From the NCBI RefSeq assembly GCF_006345805.1, contig NC_043001.1, positions 121,954,001 to 122,018,000 on the forward strand: 64,000 nt of DNA, in the 5' to 3' direction. The position numbers and the translations under genes are program-made. The notes beneath the pieces were generated by a model. The model ran no database searches, was not told where the DNA came from, and was given only the letters and a program-made list of their open reading frames with translations. Shown one piece after another: positions 24,446 through 38,980 of this stretch. Position 1 is the stretch's first letter, and each line of letters begins with the position of its first letter. This DNA is from Octopus sinensis (Eukaryota).

Positions 24446-26871
24446 ATCAATTAATAGCATTCAAATTATGGAACAGTTGAAGCATAATGGTTTTGTGATA
24501 ATTGTCACTGCATAGCACGTTGGGCAAATGTCTTCTATTACAGACCAAGGATAATCAGTCTTGTGAGTGAATTTCATAGATGGAAACTGAAAGAAGCTTT
24601 GTGTATATGTATGTGTCTCTGAGTGTGCATCCACATTTGTACACACACACATTTCATGTTTTGCTTACCAGAATTTTTGAACCTCTCCAAATGCTTGTGA
24701 GAATATCCATGTAAATGAAATAAAAACAGGCTAGTTTGTAATGGTTTGGAGTTATATGACATAATAAAATCAAACCATATATCGATATTTTGAATGCATT
24801 TAATATCATCATTTAACATCCATTTTTCTATGCTTGCATGGGTCGAGTGGAATTTGTTGAGGCAAATTTTCTTTGCCATGGTGCTCTTTCTGTTGCCAAC
24901 CGTTCTCTTTTCAAGCAAGGTAATATTTCCCGTGACCAGACATATTTTTCCACAGAACACTAGAAATGAACCACATCGCTTGTATGACAGTGATGCTCAT
25001 CTACGACCACCGTGTGTGTGTCTCCTTGTCTTGACATCACATGTTTACTGTAAATAAATGTCACCATCTCACAATCTGCTTCAGCAAATTCCACCTGACT
25101 CAGGAAGCATGGAAAATTGAATGTTGAAACATTGGTAATGATGCAATAACATATCTCACATATCCAATATGCTTAAGTCCGTGCAGGTCAATGCCCGGCC
25201 TTGCCATTCACACCAAAAGCTACAAAAACTATGTAGTTAGTTGTGTTCATCAAAACTTATGTGATGTGACAGTCAACATATACAACAGCTATCTTTATCT
25301 AAAAGATTGCTAAAAGATTTGTGTTCAGTTTATTAAATATTGTACATGTCATTGAATCAAAGCAAAGAAATCTTCTTCTGCTTCTCCAGATTGGAAATGG
25401 TATTGACAAGATTTCTATAATCTAAATGACAAGAAACCTTAAATTTATCTTTTTTGAGAGATAATGCTTCCAATGTATGGAAGTCAAATATATTGATAAA
25501 TTGTTGAAAAATTTTCTTATACACTAGAGGGAGGGAAAATTAATAACAAAACGAAAAGCATTTCTGAGAAAAATTGTGAAAATGTTGCTGATCTCAGGTG
25601 GTGTTTTGTTGTTTACGAGAGTTTAGGAGTGGAATATTTAGAAATTGTGCAATGATTAAGATTTCTGCAATGCTAAGAGCAGTGTATGTGATACATCTAA
25701 TACATATTAGATACAATATGAGATCTAATATCAGATATGAGATATTGCAATCTAATGCAAATGTAGGATATATATCTATATATATATATATATTTTTTCA
25801 CTATACATGTAAAAACAGATAAAATGTTGATATGAACATTTACTCTCTTTTTTTTTTTATTATATAAAGCAATCTCAGTTTTTGGCTAAGTAGGACCTTA
25901 TTCTATTGTGATTTTTATTTTATATTATTTTTATTTCGTATTATTAGATATCAAACATAAACTGAAAAAATAATTTCACCAGGAATCCAAAGTACTCAAA
26001 AGTGATGTTGTTCTTTATCTTTTACTTGTTTTAGTCAGTGGTTTGCAGTCATGTTGGGGTACTGCCTTGTTGGGTTTTAGCCTAACAAATCAACTCTCTA
26101 TCAGGCTCTTTTGCTGAACCACTAAGTTACAAGTTTATAAACAAGCTAACATTGGTTGTCAAGCAGTGACACACACACAGTGGTCTTTCACACAGTTTCC
26201 CCTCTAGCAAATTCACTCACATGGAATTGGTCAGCCTGGGGTTATAGTAGAAGACACTTGCCCATGGTGCCTCACAGTGGGACTGAACTTGAAACCACAT
26301 GGTTTCTGTATAATCCTGTACTTTATTTTATCAACATCAGAATGATGAAAGTCAGCCATGTAAGGTGAAAATTACACACAGAATGTAAAGGGATACGACC
26401 AAATATTGCAAGGTATTTTATCTGTCGCTCTACCAATTTTGCTATCTTTCAGTCATTTGTTTGTTTAAGATCAGAATAAACATTCTAAATTTTCACTTTA
26501 TAAGATCTTATCGTTGAATGTTCTAAGATATTTATTTACCAGTTTTAATTTCTTATCATTTCAAGTAGGGAGTAATGGCTTTCTATTTTGAGAAGATGAA
26601 ATGCTGGAAATTAAATTAGGCTTGTATTTAAAGAAAAAAGGGGGAGCAGGAACTTAAAATTAATATTATTTTGAATTCTGATCATGTGTGTGTATATGTA
26701 CACATGCATGTGTATAGTACCTACACACACATTTTAAAACTCTTGATCAGATTACAAATTTCATAGTATGGTTTAGATAGGCTGTGACTAGTTACAAAGA
26801 AATTTAGAAGATAACTAAATTCCTTCATAAAATCTTCAGGAGTGAAGTCTAAGAAATGAATATAAAATTCA

Positions 26872-27310
26872 TTAAACCCTTTTAACACCAACTTGCCTGA
26901 AGCTATTGTTTTAACCATATTTCTGTTGAGATGCTCTGTGTTTCTTTCAATTACTTTAAATATAGTAAAGAATTTAGTAAAATAACTTTATCATTAAGCT
27001 AGTGTTAGGAACATAAATTGTGACGAAGGTTTGGTGGAAGATTTTAGTTCAAAACTTATGAAAACAAGACATTTGTACTCAGAACCAGAGGTGGTTTCAG
27101 CCAGGTTAATAACGAAAGGGTTAAAGTAATCTAAACTGAAACCATGCTTCAAAATTTCATGTTAATTTTTGCTCCAAGCACCCACTTAATAATAATGACA
27201 AAATTCTTTACTATTTTGTAAATTAATGTTAAATTCTTTATTATTTTAGAAATAATTGAAACAAAGTCAGTGTAATCCAACAGAAATATGATAAACAAAT
27301 GTTGGCTAAA
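26872..27310. mobile_element. MITE-1 (minus, ~26911-27124) nested in a related TTAA MITE-3
   Basis: MITE-3 start, then MITE-1 between TTAA sites, then the MITE-3 remainder. Confidence 0.7.
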
Positions 27311-27616
27311 GCTGTTTGAGGATCTCTGTTAGCAGTCTTGTTCCCTCATTCCTCAAAGAGTTGTCAATGCTGGCTAGTTCACTTTCACCATTGGACCCTG
27401 TTCATATCCAAGTTGGCAACTTTATTAAATTGAATATTGCATCTGGTTAGAATAGATGAATGCCATTTACTTGTGAGGTGTATTTATCTTTCGCATGACT
27501 CCACAGACATAACCTTTTTTGTCTTACATAATACTCCATCTCCAAAGTAATCCAAAATGTTGTGATCCTGTTTTGTTGACCAACAGCCTCTTCTAATTTC
27601 CCTAGCTACATTATAT

Positions 27617-28013
27617 GGATCTTTTCGCTTTGACCGGCAGATTTTAAAAATAATTTCTTTGTAACTAAACACTTTTAAACTTCCTATACTGGTAGAATGT
27701 GTTTATAAAACATCTTTTTCTCTTGGCTTTCTTGAGAAAATTCTGTAGTTTGTAAGCTATTTGTTGTTTAATTTCTTGCATTTCGGAAATTTCAACCAAT
27801 CAATGACGTCTATTGAGGTGAATACAATCTCTACGAATTTTTGTCTGCAACAATTATTTGCGGTGTCATATGAATTTGTCACTGTTATTTATGAGAAAAA
27901 AGATACCCTGTGGCCATAAACTGAGGGGTCACTCTTAAACAGAGCTGGATAACAAAACCGTTCCCTCTTTTGTGTCCACCCATAATTATGACCCGGTCAA
28001 AGCGAAAAGATCC
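27617..28013. mobile_element. Second GGATC-TIR MITE
   Basis: Same TIRs; TSD CATTATAT / CATTATAC (27609-27616, 28014-28021). Confidence 0.88.
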
Positions 28014-28542
28014 CATTATACTATTCTTTATAACTAGATATCTTCTCCCAGTGGGAAAGCTTCTGTGTGGTTGTATAAGTCGATGAAAGTACCATTTAAA
28101 TCTCTCAATTCAAGCTCTATAGTCTTAAAAAATCAGAAAGATGTGTTGGATAATATTGTTCTAAATATACAAATTTTGGGATGATCCCATCTGGGATACT
28201 TTCAACAATGGGTCTACTTGGTTAGGGTTGACTTGAGATTGAACAAAAACTGTTTATAATGATAGAAAGAAGACAGCACTTTGGTGAGAGGAAGAAAATT
28301 TTATATTTAATAAAATTATTTGGCAGCAAATTTGATTGCGCTCCAATTAACTCCAATATTCCCATGTTAATGCTATTTCTTTCCCTATCTTATCAAAACC
28401 TCTATAGTTCAACATGGAATTTTTTGTAGGGAAAAATTGTTATAGTTCCACTTGAGAAGCTATTCTGAACAAATTACACATATATATTTGAGGTCAGTTT
28501 GCAAACTCAACATTTGATCTTGTGCCAATAATGTCACCTCGT

Positions 28543-29320
28543 TTAACCCTTTTGATACTAACCTGCCTTTAGACTGCCTTAGTTCTATGATACAAACATC
28601 CTGCTTAAAGTGATCTGAATTAAACTTGTCAAAATTTCATGCTAGTTTAACCCTCTAACATTCAGATTATTTTGTGAAATCTAATGCTTATTTATTCATT
28701 GTTTTGAATTAACCAGGTACTAGCACTGTGACCCAGCAATACCAGGTCATAGTGCTAGTGCATGCATATACAGCTGCATGCGTGTGCACATATATGCGAG
28801 TACTGTCCAAATCTCCGACTAATCACATACAGCTAGCTGGCATTTAATTGGCGTATCAAGTTTTGGGCATTTTGATTGGCTTTTGGATCAAAAATTCGCA
28901 AAAAAGTCACTTCTATTGATTTTTTAATGGCTTTGTGGGGTGACTGGGGAAATGTAAAGATGTGCATGACCACCCTTGGACAGTTTTGAATGACCATAGA
29001 AAGTGTGAGCCCTTTAACGGAAAAATTGTGGATTTGTATAAAGGGCATGCACACAGACATTTTGCCGTTTATATATATATATAGAGATTATCTTGTTGCT
29101 TTGAGATTTTGATATGATTTATTTTTACTATGGCATTGTAGAGTCGGTGTGAGAGACTAAATCTGGCCTGTTTGAACATGAAACAAAATATTTCAGCCAG
29201 GTATGGTCGGTTTAAATGCTAAAGGGTTAAGTTCCATACACCAGCTTAAGAAAGAGTTATTTTACTAAATATTTAATTTTCAAAATGCAGTGTATTTTGT
29301 TATATCTCAGTCAGTATGGC
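28543..29320. mobile_element. Nested stack: MITE-3 containing MITE-2 (28647-29230) containing a Helitron
   Basis: Each outer element resumes colinearly after the inner one; compare intact MITE-2 at 53301-53528. Confidence 0.8.
28720..29087 (-). mobile_element. Non-autonomous Helitron
   Basis: Minus strand A|TCTCTATATA ... hairpin ... CTAG|T, with no TSD. These are canonical Helitron ends and AT target. Confidence 0.88.
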
Positions 29321-29405
29321 AATAATAAACACACGGATGGATTCTATTTCACTTTACTTAGTCAATTGGTTAATCATTTAACCAATTAACTCATTGATTA
29401 TTTCA

Positions 29406-29632
29406 TTAACCCTTTCGTTACCGTATTTATTTTGAGATTCTCTGTGTTCCTTTCAATTAATTTTAAATATAACAAAGCATTTCATAAAATAACTTAGTTA
29501 TCATTAAGCTAGTATTAGGCACCTAAATTGTGACAAAAGTTTGGAAGATTTTAATTCAGAACCTATGAAAAGAAGACTTTTGTATTACAGAACCAGAGGC
29601 TGTTTCAGCTGGGTTGGTATCGGAAGGGTTAA
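29406..29632 (-). mobile_element. MITE-1 (TTAA)
   Basis: TTAA-bounded and colinear with 35309-35538; inserted into a CATTGG-type repeat. Confidence 0.88.
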
Positions 29633-32592
29633 TCACTTGGCCAATTAATCAATCAGCTGTGTTTGTCAGTCTTTTCATCATCATTTGAAACCTCGTCAAT
29701 GGCATGAACTCTCTACTCTAGATCTTTTTCAGGTTGATCTCTTCCACAGAAATATGGTAAACAAGAGTTAGCTCAATCTGCTAGAGATAGCAGTCAAATT
29801 TTCTTCAAATTACTCATTATTGTCTTAAAAGGAAGAACATATTCAATAAGGAATTTCTAAATACAGTGTCTGTCAGTTAAAACTTGGGATAGTCATAACT
29901 GAAGCACCTTTGATCACAGGTACACTCAGTCACAGCTAACTTTGTGCCAAATAACCTCTACTACTTCAGGTGTGTTTTATTTCTCGTAGCTTCAAGGAAA
30001 ATTTATCTACAGCTGATAATGTACACATTAGGTGACTGTCCTGTTTCCCCAGTCTTTAGTTTCACAAATATATTTTTCTATGTTTCTTTATTCTCTTTAT
30101 TAAACGACGTAGGCTGTTGACGTTTATTTGACCTGTTGTTGCTACACTTGTGTTAAGGTGTGTGAATAAAGATATTTATAGATAGATAATCAACTGTCTT
30201 CAACAAGGTGGTTCACACACATTCAGGTACGCACATGTACACCTATACATACAAACACATGTGCATGCACATGTAAGCATGTATACATAGGATACATTTT
30301 TTTAATTAAATTTATCAAAATAAAATTATAGGTGAAGGTTGTTGATTTCTCTGTTTTGCTCTAACTCAGCCATAACTAAATATTTTGATCAAAAGCATTC
30401 CAGCCATAACTACCCTACCTTCTTTTTTGAGGCACCTTATTCATTTTGAAGTACATTATTAGATTTTTCCATCTGCTTTTTTTGTTTTTTTTGTAGTGGT
30501 ATTTTATGATTTTTAAGAGTGATTTGGCTGCTATTTCTAACGGGCCAGCTAAAAGTTCCCTCATTGGCTGATGGCTGGAGGTGTTTGTTGCTTAATGACT
30601 TTTAATGAAGAGGTCTTTCATCAGGCTTAATTATTTCAACACCAGCAAATTTAGAGATAGGGGTTAAATTGATTACATCTACACCAGAGCTCAGCTAGTA
30701 CTTAATTTACCTACCCTGAATGAATGAAAAGCAAAATAAATCTCAGCAGAATTTGAACTCAGAGTGTAGCAATACTGCTAAGCATTTTGGTTATATACTA
30801 ATGATTCTGCTTTCATCAGACAAAATACCTATGCCAATCTCATTATATTTTGGAATATCTTTTATCATTGGACTTGCAGCTATGCTGTGGTACTGCCTTA
30901 AGGGTTAAGTGGGACAAATTAACCCCACCGCTTATTTTTTTTTAAGCTTGGTCCTTTTCTATCTGTCTCTTTTGCTGGATCCCTAATTTACAAGGACACA
31001 AACAAATCGGCACCAATTGTCAAGCAGTGATGGTGGGGGTACACCCACACACAATCCCCACCCCCATGCACACACACTAGCACAGCTAGTGTGTGTTGCC
31101 AGGATGCTAGTCCCGTTTGCCACCCCCGGACAGATATTGTTTACAGTAGACCCAAAGATGTTGCCCTTTTTTAAAATTGCCACCTGGGGCAGACCGCCCC
31201 TACCACCCCCACCTAGCTACGCTAGTGCACACACACAAAAGGGAGTTTTTTCAGTTTCAGTTGCTAAATCTATTCACAAGGTTTTGGTTAGCCCAGAGTT
31301 ATAGATGAAAGCCCTTTACTAAGGCTCCACTCCATGGTCTTAAGTTCAGTTCCTGTGCAGTACCTTGGACAAGTGTCTTTCACTATAGCTCCGGGCTGGT
31401 CAAAGCCATTTGAATGGAATAACTAAATTCTTCAATAGGCCTTTGTTTTCAAAACAGTAAGGTGTGATTGGATGGAGATCTTACTTTCTATTTTTAGCAA
31501 GTTGAGCAATCATGTAAAGGTTCAACCATTGACATGCAAGGGTGTGGGGGAGGTGTAGTAACGTCTATGAGGATAAAAGGTGTTTGAGTTTTAAAAAGGA
31601 GTTAATTAACATGTTGCACCGTTAACAATCTTATCTTGATTGTATTCTGTTGGAACTGCCAACTTTGCTGAATTTGAATATTGTCAGCAGTAGAATATTG
31701 TTTCCATTGTGTCCCCACTCCCCTTAAATTTTGGCAGTGGTGAAGAGGGATCTTCCATTAACCCCTCCTCCCTTGCCATCCCCCCTCTAAATATCAATAA
31801 TTAGTGAAAAATCTTTTGCTGTAAAAGAATTATGAAAGTAGATGATTATTTGCCAAGTTGCCTTCTCTCTCAGTTTATAAAAGATAAGCTATCAGAGTAA
31901 ATAGGTAAATGGAACGACGAATATGAACATTATTATTATCTTTATGGACATATTGTAAACCGAATTTTACAGGCATGTATAAGCTTTTATTAAACCAGCT
32001 GCTCTAATATACATGTTAGCATTCTATATTAAATTTTAATAGTACACTTTGATCTTAGCGAAAAGGCTGAGAAGCAATATTAAATATTAATAGTAATAAT
32101 GTTAGTCACATTTTAAGGCACAAAAATACATGCATGCACGTACTTTGAGGTAGAAACACAATGGGCAAACAATATTTGCTGCAGAAATGCATACATACTG
32201 CAAATGATATACACAAGCATATGCTTCTATTTGTGTGTAGTATTTTTAGACTGGGTATAAAATCACTTTATAAAAAGTGGCAATAAAGGTAATTGCTTTT
32301 GTCATCATCATCATCATTGTTTTAATGTCCGACTTTTTTCATTGTGTATGGGTTGGATGGAATTTATTGAAGAAGGTTTGTCCACAGCCGGATGCCTGTA
32401 CTGCCACTAACCCTCACCTGTTTCTAAGTAAGAGGATATTTCTTCATGGCCAGACATATTTTCGTGGAAGATTGGAAGCAAAGGACAATGGACACCAAAT
32501 ATTGCTTACATGACAGGACACTTGTTTGCGGCTATTATGCAATGTCAAAAAAAAAGAGGCAGTAACACTTGTGTGTGCATGCATATGCACAC

Positions 32593-32641
<49 letters not shown>

Positions 32642-34139
32642 AGGTTTCTTTCAGTTTCTGTCTGCCAAATCCACTTACAAGTTGGGCATGTGAGGAAAAT
32701 ATCTTCTGCTATAGCCCCTGGCTGACCAGTGCCTTGCAAGTGAATCTGTTGAATGGAAACTATGAAAGCCCATTGTATATACGTGTGTATATGTGCGTTT
32801 GTTGCCCTCCAAGGGGCCTGACAATTGGCATTGGTTTGTTTACCTCCTTTAACATTAGCAGTTTTGTATAAGAGATCAATATGTACCAGACTAAAAAAAC
32901 GTAAGTGCTGGGTTTGATTTGTTTGACTAAAACCATTCGAGATGGTGCTCCAGCATGGCTGCAGTCCAATGACTGAAACAAGTAAAAGATAAAAGATTGG
33001 ATAGTTCTGTCCTGGATATACAAAAAGATTGGCTGTGAAGGCTCACAATTTCAATACTGAAGAAAGGTAAACACACACACATGCACATTCACCCTTGTAT
33101 GCATACACATGTTTCTGGGTGTGTATACCCTGTATATGGCAGGCTTCCTACATTTTCCATATGCCAATTCCACTTACAAGGCCTTGGTCAAACCAAGGCC
33201 ATAGTTGAAGACGCTTGCCCTTGGTGCCATGCATGTCTCAAATGTCCAATTTGTCCTTATCTTCCAAGTCAGTTATTTTGAGCATGTTGAGTAACCATAT
33301 TGAGACACCTTGTCTACTTCTCTCTTTTAGTACTTGTTTTATCAACAGGTAATTATTTCAACAATTCTGGATTGATAAGGTAAACTGGATCTGGGTGAGG
33401 ATTTGAACTCAAAATGTTAAAGGGTTTACTTAATACCTCAAAGTATTTTTCGCCTACTGCTCTACCAATTTTGCTATCAATCTGCCTTCTGAAGATCTCC
33501 ACAAAAAAGGTAAAATAAATGAATAAATAAATGGCAAGCCACTTTTAAAAACATGTTTCTCTAATTTATTATCTATTGTCACATGATAACCTCATATTCT
33601 TCACTTTGTTCTAATTTACAACTTCTGTCATGAGATATTTATCTCATTGCTGTCAGATGCACTAATATTAAGGACAGTCAAGGTGACCCTAAAACTTGCC
33701 CTCCTTTGATGATACCCCATGTAAAATTGCTAATTGTAATGTTTATAGAGGATTGGAATCATTGAAGGAGTAGCCTTAATATGCAAGAAATAGCAGCTAC
33801 ACCTCCATCAAGGCACATCTTACTGTTTTTTTTTCCCTCAAAATAAAAAGGATGGACTATATTGGATAAAAGTAGTTGGGTACAGATTGTCTGAAATGAC
33901 AGTCATATCTGGAATGTTTTCAAATCATAGGTCTGTTGGATCATGGTTGACCTGAGGCTAAACATCTTGTGATTTTCAGTGACCTATCTCTTATCTGTTT
34001 TAATTCACCTCCAGTAATCGCAAAAACATCTGTTTGGCAAAAGAGATGATAATGTTAACCATACTTCCAAAGCAATGCACTGCCTTTCGAAAATAGTGAG
34101 GAATTTAGTAAATGCTGTTCTTGAGGAGACCTATTGAGT

Positions 34140-34474
34140 CTGTTTTAATCTGTTTTAGGGTTAGTTAGGGTTAGGGGTGGGGAGAAGAGTATCTTTTTTT
34201 CTTCAGAAATGTAAATAAACCCAATCTGTTTCTTAAACGAGGGACATATTCATATGGCACAGAATGTTTTCACCTCAATGGACATCATTGATTGGTTGAA
34301 ATTGAAGAAATTGAAGATAAAAAACAACAAATATCTTACAAACTATAGAATTTTCTCAATAAAGCCAAGAGAAAAAGATGTTTTATAAGCACATTCTACC
34401 AGTATACGAAGTTTAAAAGTGTTTAGTTACGTGGAAATTATTTAAAAAAACTGCCGGTCAAACCAAGAAGATCC
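34140..34474. mobile_element. Partial GGATC-TIR MITE
   Basis: One TIR at 34474, shared interior including TTAGGGTTAGTTAGGGTTAGGG. Confidence 0.8.
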
Positions 34475-35308
34475 CTTTTCCAGTCATGTCATCTTAGATG
34501 CAGCACCTTGGGCATAAGTCTTCTACTATAGCCTCAGCCTGACTAATTCCTTGGGAGTGGATTTGGTAGATGAGCACCCTTGTCTAGTCATCATGATAGA
34601 AATGAGATTGTTTATTTCCAGTCTATTGTGAAAAATGTTTCTAGCAATATCCCCTTGTATAGAAACAGTTGAGGTTTGGCAACAGCTAGGGCATCTGACT
34701 GTACAGAATCTGTCTCAACAAATTCCATCTGATCCTTGCAAACATGGATAAGAGGATGTTAAATGATGATGATGATTAGTTAAGAGGTAGTTAAAGTGGT
34801 CAGTCAACAACTACACTTTCTCTCACGTCATACAATTTCTACTCTACTTGCTCTACCAATCCATACTACTTACACCATCCTACTCTGGCTTCTCTCTCTC
34901 TTTCACTTTACATCCACTTATCAGCATTATTCCACTTTATCTCTCAATTTCCTCATTTTACAGTTTGGCTTCCTAAAAGACTACAAATGTTTGATTTCGT
35001 TTTTACTTCAAAATATAAAACGTATTCTGCTGCTTGAATTAAATTTTTTTTATTTCTATAAATTTATCATACAGGGCAAAAAAAAATTGGATTAATCAAA
35101 TTAATGTTATGAAATTGAAAAAATGAACCCATTTCATTACATTTTATACTGATTTGGTGTGTTAGTGTATTCTTAGTGACTCATTCTCTAACAACTCAAT
35201 AATCCAACTCCACAACTTTGGCGTGGACAATGTGTCACTGCAGAAGGGACCTTAGCTGTGGGCAACTGTCACAAATGTGAGGTTAAACTAAGTTGATGAA
35301 TCAGTTTA

Positions 35309-35538
35309 TTAACCCTTTCGTTACCAACCCAGCTGGAACCGCCTCTGGCTCTGTGGTACAAATGTCTTGTTTTCTTAAGTTCTGAATTAAAATCTTCCAC
35401 CAAACCTTAGTCACAATTTATGTTCCTAACACTAGCTGAATGATAACTAAGTTATTTTACTAAATTCTTGGTTATATTTAAAATTAATTGTAAGAAACAC
35501 AGAGCATCTCAAAATAAATACGGTAACGAAAGGGTTAA
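35309..35538 (+). mobile_element. MITE-1 (TTAA), best-preserved copy
   Basis: TTAA|CCCTTTCGTTACC ... CGGTAACGAAAGGG|TTAA. Confidence 0.93.
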
Positions 35539-36634
35539 TGTCTTAACTGTGTATCTTAGCAACCACAGCAAGGTTTGAAACAAAAAGTATAGTGACAGTT
35601 ATGATTTGTTGTCTGTAGAAAATATAGGGTTATCATGTGACTTCATTGTAATGATGTTTAGCACTTTGATAGCATCAGATAACAGGATTTGCTTGAATGT
35701 GCAATAAATTTCATGTGTGATTCGTCTGTTGTTATTGACTAGGCTATATTGTAAATTACATTAACGATACTGAATTGACAGAATTGGTAGAATGGTGGAT
35801 AGAATATCTTCTACTTAGTAATGTATCTTTGTTCTGAGATCAAGTCTTGGTGAGTTCAATGTTGTTGTTCATGGCTGTATGGTAAAAAGTTTGCTTTCCA
35901 ACCATATGGTTCCAGGCATCATGGGCAAGTGTCTTCTACTATAGCTGTGGTCCGACCAAAGCCTTGTGAGTGGATTTGGTAGATAGAAACTGAAAGAAGT
36001 CTGTCATATATATATATCTGTGGTATGTGTGTTATAGTGTCTGTCCCTTACCACGATTTAACAACTGGTGTTAGTTTGTTTACATTCCTTGTAACTGAGC
36101 AGTTTGGCAAAGGAGTACCAGATTTAAAAAAAAATAAGGTAAATTTAATTACCATCTCACTCCCATTCAAAAAAAAAAAAATCATGAGGCCTTACAAGTT
36201 ATTATATAATTGGTAGAAAAGCCTTTGTTTCTCCTAGTTATTGACAGAATTAAATAGGAATATGGAGTAAAAATATTTTACATTTCCTGACAAGGCTTAG
36301 CCAAACATAACAACCATAGAGATGAATACAGCTGTTCTTCAGATGTGGTAGAGAGCTTTTAATGTGTTATAACTGTAAAAGACAGAATGAAGTAGGAATT
36401 TCTTATGTTGCCCAGACTATCTTTTGCATATGTCCATTAGCCTATCCATGTCACCATACACTTGTAGCTGAGCCAATGCAGTTGTATGTAAGTCCAAGTG
36501 TCTAATTTATACATCTGTACTCACTCTTCTACAAATATATCATATTTTAATGTGTATAAGGAACCCTTTTTTGTCAAAAATTAGGTCAAAAAAGTATGGG
36601 AGCTTCTTGTACATGAATAGTATTATAATCCCTT

Positions 36635-37022
36635 GAGTGGCTGTATGGTAAGTAGCTTGCTTACGAACCACATGGTTCCGGGTTCAGTCCCACTGTGTGG
36701 CACCTTTGGCAAGTGTTTTCTATTATAGCCTTGGGCTGACCAAAGCCTTGTGAGTGGATTTGGAAGACGGAAAATGAAAGAAGCCTGTCATATATATGTA
36801 TATATATATATATTTGTGTGTCTGTGTTTCTCTCCCCAATATTACTTGACAACCGATGCTGGTGTGTTTACATCCCCATAACTTAGCGGTTCAACAAAAG
36901 AGACCAATAGAATAAGTACTGGGCTTACAAAGAATAAGTCCTGGGGTCGATTTGCTTGACTAACGGTGGTGCTCCAGCATGGCCACAGTCAAATGACTGA
37001 AACAAGTAAAAGAGTAAAAGAA
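36635..37022 (+). mobile_element. SINE family A, full length
   Basis: Colinear with 7617-8030. Confidence 0.9.
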
Positions 37023-37861
37023 TAAACCCATTCAGGTCCTATGTGCAATGTTGAGTTTGTTACATGCTTTAATGCACTTTGTTTTCTGAATTTGTGCTAC
37101 CAAAATTGGCATGCATCTAAATATTCACACGCTTCTTATGTTCCATCAAATACATTACACCCACCTTTTCTTTCTTTTGTTAACATATAATGAAGGAGTG
37201 AGCCTTGGCTGTTGTTTTTAGCAGGTCAAGTGACCTCTTAGATATTCTTTTATTGGCTTGACATGGTATAAGTTATATATCTCACTGCATAATGATTGAG
37301 CATGCAATGCATGGTATAGTGCAAAGTGATGCATTGCATAGCTTATTGGAATATGCAATGATATATTGACAAAGATGGTGATCCATATATTGGAAATAAG
37401 ATTAAATATTCAGCAAATTCCTCAGTCATTTGTCAGCCAATAAATGTGTATTTCAGTGTATGAAGTGTATACTATGACTCAGCTAAGACCAACAAGGGAA
37501 TAGAAATATCAAATGTTTCTCTTTTTACATTTCTGATAGCACTTCTCCGGCTGTATTAATGCAGATTATTGCATGAGCTTTATTGGACTATATTTACTTG
37601 AAGTGTCAATATAACAAACTGCTGACATTAAAGATAATCTATTAAATGCTAATAAATGTTACATGAAGATGTCCTTCCTTGTCCTCCTCTTCCTCCTCCT
37701 CCTCACTAATTCACCCACTTGGCACACTCGTCGAGCTTTCATTTTGGAATGCTAACCTTGTATCCCACGCACCCATCCGTCTGATCTTTCCTCCCCAGCA
37801 TGTTGACCCTAAGGAATTAACTTCCCATATGTTTATTTTAGCCATTTTATAATATATATAT

Positions 37862-37893
<32 letters not shown>

Positions 37894-37898
<5 letters not shown>

Positions 37899-38037
37899 TC
37901 ATCGTTTAACGTCCGCTTTCCATGCTAGCATGGGTTGGACGATTTGACTGAGGACTGGCGAACCAGATGGCTGCACCAAGCTCCAATCTTGATCTGGCAG
38001 AGTTTCTACAGCTGGATGCCCTTCCTAACGCCAACCA
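37894..38037 (-). mobile_element. SINE family C, 3' fragment
   Basis: (ATC)n GTTTAACGTCCGCTTTCCATGCTAGCATGGGTTGG. Confidence 0.88.
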
Positions 38038-38742
38038 CATATATATATACACATGTGCACAGGATGTAGCACAAGCAATGTATTGGCATGACGCTCGGAG
38101 GAAGAAGAGAGTTGTTGTTTTACATTTCGAACATAGCTCTTCATCAGAAACAGGAAAAAAAGGAAGTAGGAGGGAAAATTACCAACAGTCCATGTGTGGT
38201 TACATGTGTGTGTGTATGTATATATATACATACACACACATGATTAGCTTCGACATAGTTTCCATCGCTCAAACTCATTCTCAAGGCACTGGTTGTCATG
38301 GGGCGGTGATAGAAGACACTTGCACATAGTGTCACACAGTGAGACTGAGCAGTAACCATTTCCAGTCCACCGGTCTAGGAAGGTCTGCAAAAATCTTGGG
38401 CCCTGCACCTTTTGCTTTATCCACTAAGACATTCAAATGAGGGATCCTCTACATAGTTGTTGGCCTACTAGAAATAACAGCCAAATTTGCCACCACATTA
38501 CATTTTAAATGTCCAGTATGTTCTGCTTTTCTCCAGGTAGTAAATGTAAAAAGATGTGTATCTTTATACTGGTGTTTTTTTATGCATGCACATTCTTGTG
38601 TGGATATCTGTATGCTTGTATTCATGCATTTTGGTGCATTTGCTGGTGTGCATGGGTGCATGATATACTGGTGCTTGACCTCTTGAACTGATTTCCTGGG
38701 TTGATAGAGTTTGTACAGAATCTTTTAGAATGAACAGTACCT

Positions 38743-38980
38743 ATTTCTTATTTCTTTATTGCCCACAAGGGGTTAAACATAGAGGGGACAAACAAGTACA
38801 GACAAACAGATTAAGTCAATTACATCGACCCCAGTGCGTCACTGGTACTTAATTTATCAACCCCGAAAGGATGAATGGCAAAGTCAACCTTGGCGGAATT
38901 TGAACTCAGAACGCAGCGGCGGACGAAATACCACAAAGCATTTCACCCGGCATGCTAACGTCTCTGCCAGCTCGCCGCCT
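38743..38980 (-). mobile_element. SINE B, full length
   Basis: Head and tail present; short TSD AGTACCT at 38736-38742 and 38983-38989. Confidence 0.9.

Noticed and set aside
25075-25235. KFHLTQEAWKIEC*...CLSPCRSMPGLAIH frame as a host exon
   Set aside because: In-frame stop; at best a very old LINE C-terminal zinc-knuckle relic, too weak to annotate.
30113-30157. AVDVYLTCCCYTCVK as ttyh exon 2
   Set aside because: The VYL..CCC similarity is superficial; the preceding TM1 helix and the following G-x-Y-G-N are missing.
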